DNA from: Nitrospirota bacterium
Lineage (GTDB): Bacteria; Nitrospirota; UBA9217
DNA: 64,000 bases
NCBI GenBank assembly: GCA_029858565.1
Contig: JAOUEV010000002.1
Span: 1-64,000, forward strand
Direction of reading: 5' to 3'
The position numbers and the translations under genes were made by a program. Shown in pieces: positions 29,290 through 39,790 of this stretch. Each line of letters opens with the position of its first letter. Positions within the stretch are counted from its first letter, which is position 1. Below the pieces are notes generated by a model. It saw only the letters and a list, made by a program, of their open reading frames with translations. It searched no databases and had not been told where the DNA came from.

Positions 29290-29982
29290 TCACCGGTAGA
29301 ACCGTGCCAGCCGTTCCGGCGGTGTCCCGAGGCAGTACAGCAGCTGCAGCAGCCAGTTGCGCGCGGTCGCGTAGAGCACGCCTTCCCGTTCCCATCTGCG
29401 CGGCGAGGTCATGACCTTCGCGGGAAGGATGCTGACCCGGTCCCCCCGTTTGCGGATGCGGGTCATGAGTTCCACGTCCTCCATGATCGCCATGTCGCCG
29501 TAGCCGCCGATGCGCCGGAAGTACGATTTCTTGATGAAAATGGACTGGTCGCCGAAGGGTACGCGGGTGATCCGTGTCCTGCAGGCAGCGTAGCGCTCGG
29601 TGATGCGGAAGATGCGCCGGTCCGAGAGTATGCCGAGATCAAAGGCGCCGCCGACAAAGCGTTCGCCGCTCATGGCTGCGGCGATCAGTTCGAAAGCGTT
29701 CCAGGGAAGGAACGTGTCTGCATGCTGGAACAGCAGGATGTCGCCGGTGGCCAGGGCCGCGCCTGCATTCATCTGTTGTGCCCTGCCCGGCGCGGAGACC
29801 GCGGTCAGAACGCGGGCATGATCGATTGCAGCGATCGTGCTCTTACCGGGGTCGCCGTCGACAACGATGATCTCCGGATCGATGTCAGCTGCCAGGGCGC
29901 GCAGATGGCCGATGAGCTTGTTGATGCTCTCGGCCTCGCGAAGGACCGGGATGATGACCGAGATGCTAGCGGGGGTGCTTAT
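29290..29982 (-). CDS. TIGR04283-type GT2 glycosyltransferase (rSAM-associated transferase 2); apparent ATA start
   Basis: The frame extends upstream of the track ORF through ISVIIPVLRE...IIVVDG...GRAQQMNAGA, then QHADT, FGDQ, MEDVEL, TSPRRW. AGGAG lies 7 nt before ATA at 29982. Confidence 0.85.
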   Translation of the reverse strand: MSTPASISVIIPVLREAESINKLIGHLRALAADIDPEIIVVDGDPGKSTIAAIDHARVLTAVSAPGRAQQMNAGAALATGDILLFQHADTFLPWNAFELIAAAMSGERFVGGAFDLGILSDRRIFRITERYAACRTRITRVPFGDQSIFIKKSYFRRIGGYGDMAIMEDVELMTRIRKRGDRVSILPAKVMTSPRRWEREGVLYATARNWLLQLLYCLGTPPERLARFYR

Positions 29983-30433
29983 GGTTCTGCTCCTGGTGCA
30001 GGCGTTCCCAGATCATGCGGATCGTTTCAACGCGCTTCCGGTTGACGCCCAGATCGGAATATCCGAGCCGGGACGCTGATCGCACATGGATGACCTGCTC
30101 CCGGGTATCGATAAGGAACTCGAGATCATCAACGAACCGGAGCAGGAGGCTGGTGCACTCTGCGTGAAGATAGCCGCCGGATTCCGTCACGATCTTCGTG
30201 CGCTTCAGCAGGGCAAGGACCGCATGCAGGTCAGCCATCGCTTCAGCCGCAGTGCCGGAGAACCGGAGCGGTTCGATGGCATGGTCCTGGTCAGTGCTCT
30301 GGCTGGAAACGCAGTTGGGCGACGCGGGGCAGGGCGGGAGCCTGCCATCAAGAGGACCGGTGCGGGATGGGCGTGCTCCGGAACAGCCGGACAGGATGAT
30401 CCCGGTGAACAGCATCAGGGAAAGGACCTTCAT
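29966..30433 (-). CDS. DUF1499 family lipoprotein
   Basis: Lipobox LSGC, CPASPNCVSSQ, FVDDLEF, RSASRLGYSDLGVNRKR. Confidence 0.9.
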   Translation of the reverse strand: MKVLSLMLFTGIILSGCSGARPSRTGPLDGRLPPCPASPNCVSSQSTDQDHAIEPLRFSGTAAEAMADLHAVLALLKRTKIVTESGGYLHAECTSLLLRFVDDLEFLIDTREQVIHVRSASRLGYSDLGVNRKRVETIRMIWERLHQEQNHKHPR

Positions 30434-30456
30434 GGTCGATCAGCCACCTCGTGCGT

Positions 30457-31092
30457 CTACTTGTTCGCAGACGGGCAGATATCGCTCAGAACGCAGGCGT
30501 CATGCTTCGGCTTCCGGGCCTGGCACACGGCCCGGCCATGGTAGATGAGGAGATGGGACAGTGCCCCCCAGGATCTCCGCGGCGTCGCCGCCAGGAGATC
30601 CTGCTCGACCTTGACCGGATCATCATGGCGGGTCAGGCCCAGGAGCTTCGCGAGCCGCTTCACATGGGTATCCACGGCAATACCTTCGTCCTTGCCAAAG
30701 GCGTCGTGCAGTACGATGTTCGCCGTCTTGCGCGCCACCCCGGGCAGGGTGACGAGTTCCTCCATGGTCTGCGGGACCTTGCCGCCGAAAGTATCCCGGA
30801 TCATGGCCGCGGTCCGCTGGATGCTCTTTGCCTTGTTGTTGAAGAAATTGACCGAACGGATGTCCTGGGCGAGCTTTTCCGGCGGCGTATTCGCAAAGGC
30901 CTCGATCGTCCGGTATTTCTTAAAGAGTCCCGGCGTGACCTTGTTCACCTGTACGTCCGTGGTCTGCGCCGACAGGATGGTCGCCACGAGGAGCTCGAAG
31001 GGGGTCGTGAAATCGAGCGCGGTGCGGGGCTTGCCGTCATAGGCCTTTTTCAGCCGCTGGAGAATGATCCTGATCTTCTCTGGACGGTCCAT
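30457..31092 (-). CDS. nth: Endonuclease III
   Basis: LVATILSAQTTD, LPGVARKTAN, AVDTHV, C..RKP...C.L...CP. One FCL cysteine appears to be replaced by His. Confidence 0.95.
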   Translation of the reverse strand: MDRPEKIRIILQRLKKAYDGKPRTALDFTTPFELLVATILSAQTTDVQVNKVTPGLFKKYRTIEAFANTPPEKLAQDIRSVNFFNNKAKSIQRTAAMIRDTFGGKVPQTMEELVTLPGVARKTANIVLHDAFGKDEGIAVDTHVKRLAKLLGLTRHDDPVKVEQDLLAATPRRSWGALSHLLIYHGRAVCQARKPKHDACVLSDICPSANK

Positions 31093-31107
31093 GGGTCCTC
31101 CCCGCGC

Positions 31108-31893
31108 TCAATACTTGTGACAGTTCATGCAGAGGTCCATGGTCGACCGTGCTTCAAAACGAAAGAGCTTGCGGAAGTCGGAGCTGTGCGGAAAATGGCA
31201 GCTGGCGCAGGAGAACGGCCTCCCCTCGCGCAGAGGGTCGTCGGGCGGGAAGATATCCTTGCCGATCCGGTCCTTCCGGACCTGGCCCAGAGGATGTCCC
31301 GATTGGGTGAATCCCGCGATGGCGTGGGGACGTTTCGTGACCTGGTCGTGGCACTCGGTGCAGAGCTCGAACATCGGCTTGAGCAGCATCGCCATGTTAT
31401 CCGATGAATGGGGATCATGACAGGAGAAGCACATGCCTCCGGCGACCGGGACGTGGCTATTTTTCAGGGAGAAGCCTGCTTTGCTGTGGCACTTTTCGCA
31501 CTGATCCGGGACCTCGGCGCTCAGGAGCTTCGGCTTGGCGGAGGCGTGGGGATTGTGGCATGCGGTACAGCCTAAGGCCAGGGCGGGATGGACGTTTTTC
31601 CGCGTGAAAAGGGTCTTGTCGTGGCAGCCGTAGCAGAGATCGGGCTGAGGCGCCAGGAGCCCCCGCGGGGTCGTTGTCTTGTGCGGAATGGTCGCGTCCG
31701 CGATTCCCGAATGGCAGGAGGAGCATCCCATCTGGACCGCGCCATGGACCACCGGCCGGTTCTTGAGGATCGCTTCATGGCATTTGAGGCAATCAGCATC
31801 CTGGGCGCCTGAATATGCCGCTGAAAAACAGGAAGCAAGGACCAGAACAGTGATGCACAAGGGACGCCTCAGGAATGGACTGGACCAGGACAT
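31108..31893 (-). CDS. Periplasmic multiheme cytochrome c (9 CxxCH)
   Basis: Signal peptide; CLKCH, CSSCH, CYGCH, CTACH, CEKCH, CFSCH, CTECH, CASCH, CMNCH. Confidence 0.92.
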   Translation of the reverse strand: MSWSSPFLRRPLCITVLVLASCFSAAYSGAQDADCLKCHEAILKNRPVVHGAVQMGCSSCHSGIADATIPHKTTTPRGLLAPQPDLCYGCHDKTLFTRKNVHPALALGCTACHNPHASAKPKLLSAEVPDQCEKCHSKAGFSLKNSHVPVAGGMCFSCHDPHSSDNMAMLLKPMFELCTECHDQVTKRPHAIAGFTQSGHPLGQVRKDRIGKDIFPPDDPLREGRPFSCASCHFPHSSDFRKLFRFEARSTMDLCMNCHKY

Positions 31894-32024
31894 AAGCGGC
31901 CTCCGGTGCCGGGGAACAGGAATTCGAAAGAATACGGCTGATTGTAACCTATTTTGATGCCGGCCGCAACTCCGTTCCCGCTGCGACAGGTCCGGGGAGG
32001 GACCCTGCCCGGGCTGTTTTTTGT

Positions 32025-32053
32025 TTGACAGCCCCCGATGTCTACCTTAATAT
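32025..32053 (+). promoter_or_regulatory. Sigma70-type promoter
   Basis: TTGACA-17 nt-TAATAT. Confidence 0.7.
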
Positions 32054-32060
32054 TCATTTC

Positions 32061-32381
32061 GTGACCGACCCCACGCGGAACAATAATGATGAAGACTGGG
32101 CCTTCGGGGACGTTTGGAAGCAGGGTTCTCCCGATGACACGGGAACCGGTGAACCGGTCCGCTTTATGGAGGTCCTGCGAGGGGACACGGGCAGGGGCTT
32201 CGATGATTCCCTGATGCTGGACATGGTGGGATATCTCGGCTCCCTTGGCATCCGCGCCACCTATGACTCCTTCTCGCTCGGCATGGAGCCGGCGGCGATC
32301 AACACCTATGTACTGAAGGTCGAGGAAGGGAAGGAAGAAGAAGCGGTCAGGCTGCTGAAAGAAAAAAGCAATATGGGGTAA
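32061..32381 (+). CDS. Acidic hypothetical protein (DUF2007-like C-terminus)
   Basis: GTG 7 nt after the -10 box; YLGSLGI.A...YVLKVEEGKEEEAVRLL. Confidence 0.6.
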   Translation: MTDPTRNNNDEDWAFGDVWKQGSPDDTGTGEPVRFMEVLRGDTGRGFDDSLMLDMVGYLGSLGIRATYDSFSLGMEPAAINTYVLKVEEGKEEEAVRLLKEKSNMG

Positions 32382-32465
32382 GCTGTAAGGGGTAAGGGGT
32401 GGACAACAAGGAGCACACTGAAAACCTGCGTAATCCTTGATCCTATTTTTTATCATGGAGGCATC

Positions 32466-32939
32466 ATGTCTGAAGAAAAGGAATTATCTGCGCTCGAAGG
32501 CGACCTGGAGCAGTATAAGTCGAAGATCTCCCAGGTGAACAAGGCGACGCTCACCTGGGACAAGGATCTCATCTTCATCGGCCGGACGAACCGGGGGTAT
32601 GAGATCGAGTTCGATGCCGCCCAGCAGTGGGGCTGCTCTCCCACCGAGAGCCTGCTGCTCTCGGTCGCGGGATGCATGGGCATCGACATGGTCTCGTTCC
32701 TCAAGAAGATGAAGTGCGAGATCAAGACGTACAAGATGGACATCATGGGCGAACGGAACCCCACGCCGCCGCAGTATTACACCTCCATCGAGATGGTCAT
32801 CTCGGTCACGGGCTCGGGGTTGACGGCCAAAAAGCTCGAGCGGGCCGCGGCCCTGTCCCATGAAAAGTACTGCTCGGTCTACCATACCTTGCGCAAGGAC
32901 ATCAACGTGAAGGTGGATTACACGTTCGAGAACACCTGA
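32466..32939 (+). CDS. OsmC family protein
   Basis: SPTESLLLSVAGCMGIDMV and EKYCSVYHTL (two conserved Cys); GGAGG RBS. Confidence 0.9.
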   Translation: MSEEKELSALEGDLEQYKSKISQVNKATLTWDKDLIFIGRTNRGYEIEFDAAQQWGCSPTESLLLSVAGCMGIDMVSFLKKMKCEIKTYKMDIMGERNPTPPQYYTSIEMVISVTGSGLTAKKLERAAALSHEKYCSVYHTLRKDINVKVDYTFENT

Positions 32940-32940
32940 C

Positions 32941-34068
32941 GTGGCCACTGTCCGCCTTCTAAAGAACGGCGCCGAGGTCTTTCCGGCGATGCTCAACGCG
33001 ATCGATGAGGCCCGCGCGTCGATCGTGCTGGAAATGTACATTTTCTCCGATGATGGGACCGGGCGCGAGGTGCGATCGCACCTTTCCCGCGCAGCTGCCA
33101 GAGGCGTGGAGGTGCGGGTCCTTGTGGACGCCGTCGGTTCCTGGGCCCTTTCCGAGGGATTCTGGGATGAACTGACCGGCGCGGGCGGCCAGGTGAAAGC
33201 TTTCCGCCCCATGTCCAGCGGCCTCTTTGTGTTCCGCAATCACCGCAAGCTGCTGCTGGTCGACGACCGGCTCGCGTTCATCGGCGGATTGAACATATCG
33301 GACGAGTATTATGCCGGCCGGGACGGCGAGGCACCATGGCGGGACAATGCCCTGGAAATCACCGGCTACGAGCTGGTGCGACTCCGCCGGTCCTTCAGCA
33401 GGATGTGGCTCCGCGCAGATCTTCCGGTGAGCACGACGCGGCTTATCATGCGCCGGTCCTACGGCTTGCGGCCGCGGCCCGGCCAGCGGATCCGCTTCCT
33501 GGAGAGCGGCCCCGAGGACCCGCTGCACTCTGTTCGCAAGGGATATCGGCAGATCATCGGGGACGCTACGGGGTCCATCGACCTGGCCATGGGATACTTC
33601 TTTCCCCACGGCAGGCTGCTCCGGGCGCTCAAACGCGCCGCGCGTCACGGTATCCGCGTACGGGTGCTTCTGACGCAGCGCAGCGATGTGCCGCTGGCCC
33701 GGTGGGCCGCGCGGGGGCTCTACGGGAAGATGCTGCGGGCGGGCATCGAGATCTGGGAATACCGGCCGGCCATGCTGCACGCCAAACTGGCGATCATCGA
33801 CGACACGGTGATCACCGGTTCCGCGAACCTCGACATCCGCAGCGGCCGGATCAATTATGAGCTGGTGACCGTGGTACGGAACGAGGCCCTTGCAGGCCAG
33901 GCGCGCGCTGATTTCGAGGCCGATCTGCTGGAGTCCGACCGGATCGAGATAACTGCATGGAGGGAGCGCCCTCCCGGCCAGCGCTTCAAGGAATGGATCA
34001 GCGCCTGGATCGTGGCGCGGCTTGATATTTTTTTCGCCCGCGCGGAGATGGCGCGGTTGATGAGATGA
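32941..34068 (+). CDS. Cardiolipin synthase ClsB-like phospholipase D
   Basis: Two HKD motifs: RNHRKLLLVD and LHAKLAIIDD. Confidence 0.88.
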   Translation: MATVRLLKNGAEVFPAMLNAIDEARASIVLEMYIFSDDGTGREVRSHLSRAAARGVEVRVLVDAVGSWALSEGFWDELTGAGGQVKAFRPMSSGLFVFRNHRKLLLVDDRLAFIGGLNISDEYYAGRDGEAPWRDNALEITGYELVRLRRSFSRMWLRADLPVSTTRLIMRRSYGLRPRPGQRIRFLESGPEDPLHSVRKGYRQIIGDATGSIDLAMGYFFPHGRLLRALKRAARHGIRVRVLLTQRSDVPLARWAARGLYGKMLRAGIEIWEYRPAMLHAKLAIIDDTVITGSANLDIRSGRINYELVTVVRNEALAGQARADFEADLLESDRIEITAWRERPPGQRFKEWISAWIVARLDIFFARAEMARLMR

Positions 34069-34072
34069 TACA

Positions 34073-34106
34073 ATTGCGGATTTCGGATTGTAGATTGCGG
34101 ATTGTA
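34073..34106. repeat. Heptamer tandem (ATTGCGG-type x5)
   Basis: attgcgg atttcgg attgtag attgcgg attgta just before the rubrerythrin RBS. Confidence 0.7.
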
Positions 34107-34118
34107 TAGGAGGATAAC

Positions 34119-34691
34119 TTGAAAGTAAAAGGTACCAAGACCGAGAAGAACCTGCTTGCTGCTTTTGCCGGAGAATCGCAGGCGCGGAACCGATACACCT
34201 TCTTTGCGAGCACCGCGAAGAAAGAAGGCTTTGAGCAGATCGCGGCGATATTCCTTGAGACCGCTGAGAACGAGAAGGAACATGCCAAGCGGTTCTTCAA
34301 GTTCCTTGAAGGCGGCATGGCGGAGATCACCGCGACCTTCCCCGCGGGCAGGATCGGCACCACTGCGGAGAACCTGGAAGCTTCGGCCGCGGGCGAACAC
34401 GAGGAGTGGAAGGACCTCTATCCGGGATTTGCCAGAGTGGCCGAGTCGGAAGGGTTTCCCGAGATCGCGACCGCCTTCCGGTACATCGCCTCGGTCGAGG
34501 TGGAGCATGAGAAGCGCTATCGCAAGCTGCTCGAGAATCTGCGGCAAGGGAAGGTTTTCAAGAAGGACGCGTCAGCATCCTGGAAGTGCCGGAATTGCGG
34601 GTATCACATGAACGGGCAGGAACCGCCCGACGTCTGCCCCTCCTGCCTCCATCCAAAGGATTATTTCGAGCTGAATGCGGAGAACTATTGA
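34119..34691 (+). CDS. rbr: Rubrerythrin
   Basis: [45 protein letters not shown]...CPSCLHP; TTG start with GGAGGA RBS. Confidence 0.96.
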   Translation: MKVKGTKTEKNLLAAFAGESQARNRYTFFASTAKKEGFEQIAAIFLETAENEKEHAKRFFKFLEGGMAEITATFPAGRIGTTAENLEASAAGEHEEWKDLYPGFARVAESEGFPEIATAFRYIASVEVEHEKRYRKLLENLRQGKVFKKDASASWKCRNCGYHMNGQEPPDVCPSCLHPKDYFELNAENY

Positions 34692-34778
34692 TGCCCTTTC
34701 GGTGCGGCGGAAGATTTCCCTCTTGCAATGAACATGCGCTTCTCCCTATAATGCCCCATTGGGATTTAAGGAGGTTGT

Positions 34779-35117
34779 ATGGCGATGACGGTAGAAATGG
34801 AATATAAGGTCAAAGAGGCGCCTGTCTGCCCCCACTGCAAGGGTACGATGGAAAAGATGGATTCGCGCCACCTGGACTGGGGGACCACGTTCCTCTGGGT
34901 CTGCTTCAACAATAACTGCACCTTCTTCATGAAGGGCTGGAAGCACATGATGGACACCTATGGCCAGCTGGTCTCGTACCGGTACATGGTCACGCCTGAC
35001 AACGGCACCCAGGGTGTGGTCCCGGCTTTCAGCCATGAGTATCTCCAGACGCACGGGAAGACCAGGAACAGGTTCATGGAGTCCGATGTCCCGGTGGATG
35101 GAGGGGACGAAGAGTAA
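34779..35117 (+). CDS. Hypothetical Zn-ribbon protein
   Basis: AAGGAGG RBS; CPHC...CFNNNC..F..GW..M......SYRY. Confidence 0.75.
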   Translation: MAMTVEMEYKVKEAPVCPHCKGTMEKMDSRHLDWGTTFLWVCFNNNCTFFMKGWKHMMDTYGQLVSYRYMVTPDNGTQGVVPAFSHEYLQTHGKTRNRFMESDVPVDGGDEE

Positions 35118-35146
35118 CTCGGTCGTTCGGCGTGAACAGCAATGAC

Positions 35147-35186
35147 GAAGCCCCTGGTGGACCAATCCCGCCAGGGGCTTTTTTTC
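35147..35186 (+). terminator. Intrinsic terminator
   Basis: aagcccctggtgg-loop-ccgccaggggctt followed by a T-run. Confidence 0.75.
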
Positions 35187-35312
35187 ACGATGAGGTGTTG
35201 CACCGGTGTGTTGCCGGAAGCGATGATGCGTGCCTGTCAGCTCGCCGGTGACAGGGGGAAAAGAGTATCGATACGCTTCTTTCTGTGTCTCAGCTGTTTG
35301 CGGCGTGGAGCT

Positions 35313-38006
35313 TTACTCGCCGGAGCTTTTGTCTGCCGCTGCCACCTGCACTGCGCAGACCTTCAGCTCGGGGATCTTGACCGTTGGGTCGAGTGCGTCG
35401 TTGGTGATCACGTTCGCCGCTGCCTCGGCGTAATGCATGGGGATGAAGATCGTGCCGGGCGGCACCATAGCCGAGATCCTGGCTGAGATCTCGATCACCC
35501 CGCGTTTCGAACGGACCTTCACTTTCCCGCCGTCCCTGATCTCCAGACGCACTGCATCCGCCTCGTTGATCTCCGCATAGGCCTTGCCGGCACGCTTCTC
35601 GATCGGCTCCACCCGCCGGGTCATGGAACCGGAGTGGTACTGATAGAGGTTCCTGCCCGTTGTCAGCACAAAGGGATATTCGTCGCTTGTTACCTCGGCG
35701 GGCTCCCGGTACTCCACCGGCACGAAGGGCACCCTGCCTTTGGGGAACCCGTCCTTGTACAGGAACTCGGTTCCGGGGTGATCGGGCGCTGGGCAGGGCC
35801 AGGCAATGCCCCGGGATTTGATGCGTTCATAGGATATCCCTGACAGAGCCGGCCAGAGCCTGCGGAATTCCTCGAACACCAGCTCGGGAGACCGGTACTC
35901 CATGGGGTATCCGAGATGGCGCGACAGGGCCATGATGATCGACAGGTCGTCCCAGGCGTCTCCCGGCGGATTCACCGCTTTGCGCACGCGCTGGACCCTC
36001 CGGTCGGTATTCGTGAAGGTGCCTTCCTTTTCATAGGAGCAGGCGGCAGGCAGGACCACGTGCGCGTATTTCGCGGTCTCGGTCATGAAGATGTCCTGCA
36101 CCACCAGGAACTCAAGATCCTGAAGCGCCTTGATCGTGTGGTGCTGGTTGGGGTCGGTCAGGACCGGGTTCTCGCCCATGATATAGAGCGCCTTGAGCCT
36201 GCCGTCGGCCGCGGCATTGATCATCTCGGTGGTGGTGAGGCCGGGCTTCGGCGGAAGCGTCACGCCCCAGGCTTCCTCGAACTTTTTCCGCACCGCGGGA
36301 TCATCCACCTTCTGGTATCCCGGGAATACGTTGGGCGCGCAGGCGGCGTCCGATGCCCCCTGTACATTGTTCTGGCCCCGGAGCGGGTTCACGCCGGTGT
36401 GGGGTCTGCCGATATTGCCGGTGAGGGTAGCCAGGTTCGCGATGGCCTTCACGTTGTCGGTGCCGCAGGTATGCTGGGTAATGCCCATGGTGTAGAAGAT
36501 CCCGGCCGTGCGCGACGCGCCGTAGATCCTTGCCGCACGGATGATGTCGTCCTTTGCAACGCCGGTGATGCGGCTGACCCGTTCCGGCGTGAAGTCCCGG
36601 ACCGCGTCCTTCCATGCCTCATAGCCTTCGGTCTTGTCCCGGATGAAATCGTCGTTGCGCAGCCCCTCGTCGGAGATCACCTTCGCCATGCCGTTCAGGA
36701 GCGCCACGTCCGTGCCCGGCCGGAGCGGCAGGTACAGCTCGCTGAACTTCGTCATGGGAACCCGGCGCGGGTCGGCAACGATGATCTTCGCGCCTTTCCG
36801 GAACGCCTTGATCATGCGGTTCGCGATGACCGGGTGGGTCTCCTTGGTGTTCGAGCCGATGATGAACAGGACCTCCATGCCCTCGATCTCACGGATCGAG
36901 TTCGTCATGGCTCCTGAACCGAAGATGGCGGCCAGACCGGCCACCGTGGGGGAGTGTCAGAGCCGCGCGCAGTGGTCCACGTTGTTCGTGCCGACCCCCG
37001 CGCGCAGCAGCTTCTGGAACAGGTAGTTCTCTTCGTTCGTGCACCGTGCCGAGGAAAGTCCGCCGATCGCGTCCGGCCCGCGCTCCTCCCGGATCTTTTT
37101 GAGCCAGGCAGAAACATACTCAAGCGCAGCGGTCCAGGAGGTCTCTTCGAAATTGCCGCTGGCCCGCCGGATGAGCGGTTTGGTAAGGCGCTCGGGGCTC
37201 TTCACAAAGGGATAGCCGAACCTTCCCTTGACGCACAGGAGCCCCTCGTTCCAGGCCCAGGGTTTCGATGATATCCTGATGATCTCGTTGTTCCTGGCGT
37301 GGACCGTGATGTTGCAGCCTGTTCCGCAGTAGGGGCAGACCGTCTCGGTCTCCCTGACGCCTTCGTACCGGCCTTTTCCTTTCCAGAGTTTTCCCGTGAG
37401 AGCGCCGGTGGGACAGACCGAGACGCACTGTCCGCAGAATTCGCAGTCAAGGTCGTCCTCAAAAGGGGTGGTGATCTTTGCCTTGAACCCGCGGTATCCG
37501 AAGTCAATGGCCTCCACGCCCTGCACTTCGTCGCAGATCTTGACGCACCGGCCGCAGAGAATGCATTTCTCCAGGTCGCGCTCGATAAAGGGGTTCCCGT
37601 CGCGCTTGGAATAGATCCTGCGCTCGCCGGGATAGCGTTCTCCCTTCACCCCATAGGTGTAGGCAAGTTCCTGGAGCTGGCAGCTGCCGGTCGCCTGGCA
37701 GGTCATGCAGTCGTTGGGATGGTCGGACAATATCAGCTCCAGCACGAACCTGCGGTGCTCTTCGAGCCGGGGGGTCATGGTCGTCACTTCCATGCCCTCG
37801 GTCACCGGCGTGGTGCACGACGCGATCGGACGGGGCAGGCCCTTTACCTCGACCACGCAGAGCCTGCAGCCGCCGAAGGGCGTGAGCTGGGGATGGCGGC
37901 AGAGGTTCGGGATCGCGATGCCATGGCGGTTCGCCGCCTCCATCACCGTGAGGTTGTCCGGGACGGTAAGTGCTTTCCCGTTTATGGTTATGGTCACCAT
38001 TGCCAT
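35313..38006 (-). CDS. fdhF: Selenocysteine formate dehydrogenase alpha subunit (Mo/W-bisPGD; N-terminal Fe-S domains); UGA at 36957-36959
   Basis: Two track ORFs join in frame as DHCARL-UGA-HSPTVAGL. Also present: 2Fe-2S domain, HPNDC..C, CILCGRC, CPYCGTGC, LRGQNNVQG. Length 898 codons. Confidence 0.93.
36927..36945 (-). promoter_or_regulatory. Bacterial SECIS element of fdh
   Basis: GGTGGCC-GGTCT-GGCCGCC hairpin starting 11 nt after UGA; resembles the E. coli fdhF SECIS in spacing and apical GGUC sequence. Confidence 0.8.
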
Positions 38007-38011
38007 AGGAT

Positions 38012-39790
38012 CTACTCCCGCTCCACCGCGCCGAACTTGCACACATCGAAACAGGCGCCGCAGCGCACACACTTTGCCGGGTCGATCTTGTGGGGTTTCT
38101 TCTTTTCCCCCGAGACCGCGCCTGAGGGGCAGGCCTTGAGGCAGGAGCCGCAGGCCTTGCATTTCGCCGCGTCGATGGAATAGGTCAGCAGCCCCTTGCA
38201 GACCTTGGCCGGGCACTTCCGGTCCCGGATATGAGCGTCGTACTCGTCACGGAAGTACTTGATCGTTGAAAGCACCGGATTCGGAGCGGTCTGACCCAGG
38301 CCGCAGAGCGACAGGGACTTGATGCCGCCGGACAGCTCCTCGAGCAGTTCGATATCGTTCGGGCTGCCCTTGCCCGAGGTGATCCGCTCCAGGGTTTCGA
38401 GCAGACGCTTGGTTCCCACGCGGCAGGGCACGCATTTGCCGCAGGACTCGGCCTGGGTGAACTGGACGAAGTACTTGGCAACGTTCACCATGCAGTCATC
38501 GGCATCGAGCACGATCATGCCGCCGGACCCGACGATGGACCCGGCCTTGGCAAGGGCCTCATAGTCCATGGTGATGTCCATCATGCTTGCCGGAATGCAG
38601 CCGCCCGAAGGCCCGCCGGTCTGGACCGCCTTGAAGGGCTTGCCGCTTTCGATGCCGCCGCCGATCTCCTCGATGATCTCCCGGAGCGTGATGCCCATGG
38701 GGACCTCGATCAGACCGGGATTCTTGATCTTGCCGGTGAGCGCGAAGACCTTGGTGCCTCTGGACCGTTCGGTCCCGAATCCCGCATACCACCCGCATCC
38801 GTTCCTGATGATGTGGGGGATGTTCGCAAGGGTCTCGACGTTATTGATCACCGTGGGTTTCTGCCACAGTCCTTTGTTCACCGGGAAGGGCGGTTTGGGC
38901 CGGGGCATTCCCCGCTGACCCTCGATGGAGGCAATGAGCGCGGTCTCCTCGCCGCAGACGAATGCGCCCGCGCCGAGCTTGATCTTGATATCGAAATCGA
39001 ACTTCGAACGGAAGATCCCTTTTCCCAGGTATCCCCGGGAGCGCGCCTGGTCCAGGGCCATCCTGAGCCGCTCGACCGCAAGGGGATATTCGGCCCGGAT
39101 GTACACATAGCCGTGGCCGGCCTGGATGGCGTAGGCGCCGATGATCATGCCTTCGATCACGGCGTGGGGGCTGCCCTCGATCACCGCCCGGTCCATGAAC
39201 GCGCCGGGATCGCCCTCGTCGGCGTTGCAGATGATGTACTTGACGTCGCTCTTCGCTTTTCTGCCGAGCTCCCATTTGAGCCCGGTCGGGAATCCAGCGC
39301 CTCCCCGGCCCCGAAGGCCGGACATCTTGATCTCCTCGATAATCTCTTCAGGGGTGCGGGACGCAAGCACATCCCGGGCGGCCTCGTAGCCTTTTACCGA
39401 TTCATAGGCATCAATGCTCTCGGGATCGATCCTTCCGCAGTCCGCGAGCACGACCTTCACCTGTTTCCTGTAGAACGAATCATAGGCCGCGTCAACAAGC
39501 CAATCCTTCACGACCTTGCCGCCGATGAGGTGCTCCTGCACGATGCGGGCGACCATGTCGGGCTTCACATACTGATACACGGTCTTGGTCCCGTCCCGAT
39601 GCACCTCCACCAGCACGTCCCGGGCGCAGAGGCCGAGACAGCCGACCTGATGGGAAGAGCAGTTCTCCAGCACCTTCGCGGCGACCTGTGTCCGTCCCAG
39701 CTCCGCATTGAAGGCGTCGAGGACCTGCTTGCCGCCGGCGGCGATCCCCGCCGGGCCCATGCAGACGCGTATGATCATGTGGGGATTCAA
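38012..39790 (-). CDS. NuoF/HydB-like FMN/NAD-binding beta subunit with C-terminal 2x[4Fe-4S]
   Basis: LRGRGGAGFPTG, CNADEGDPGAFMDR, GAFVCGEET, GGPSGG, ESCGKCVPCR, CKACGSC...CVRCGAC. Confidence 0.92.
   Translation of the reverse strand: MNPHMIIRVCMGPAGIAAGGKQVLDAFNAELGRTQVAAKVLENCSSHQVGCLGLCARDVLVEVHRDGTKTVYQYVKPDMVARIVQEHLIGGKVVKDWLVDAAYDSFYRKQVKVVLADCGRIDPESIDAYESVKGYEAARDVLASRTPEEIIEEIKMSGLRGRGGAGFPTGLKWELGRKAKSDVKYIICNADEGDPGAFMDRAVIEGSPHAVIEGMIIGAYAIQAGHGYVYIRAEYPLAVERLRMALDQARSRGYLGKGIFRSKFDFDIKIKLGAGAFVCGEETALIASIEGQRGMPRPKPPFPVNKGLWQKPTVINNVETLANIPHIIRNGCGWYAGFGTERSRGTKVFALTGKIKNPGLIEVPMGITLREIIEEIGGGIESGKPFKAVQTGGPSGGCIPASMMDITMDYEALAKAGSIVGSGGMIVLDADDCMVNVAKYFVQFTQAESCGKCVPCRVGTKRLLETLERITSGKGSPNDIELLEELSGGIKSLSLCGLGQTAPNPVLSTIKYFRDEYDAHIRDRKCPAKVCKGLLTYSIDAAKCKACGSCLKACPSGAVSGEKKKPHKIDPAKCVRCGACFDVCKFGAVERE

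Noticed and set aside
27922-30045. 707-aa plus-strand ORF spanning several genes
   Set aside because: Antisense to DUF3047, arsS and GT2, which all have clear family motifs.
36957-36959. FDH alpha as a split gene or pseudogene
   Set aside because: The TGA is in frame at the catalytic Cys/Sec position and is followed by a SECIS-like hairpin.
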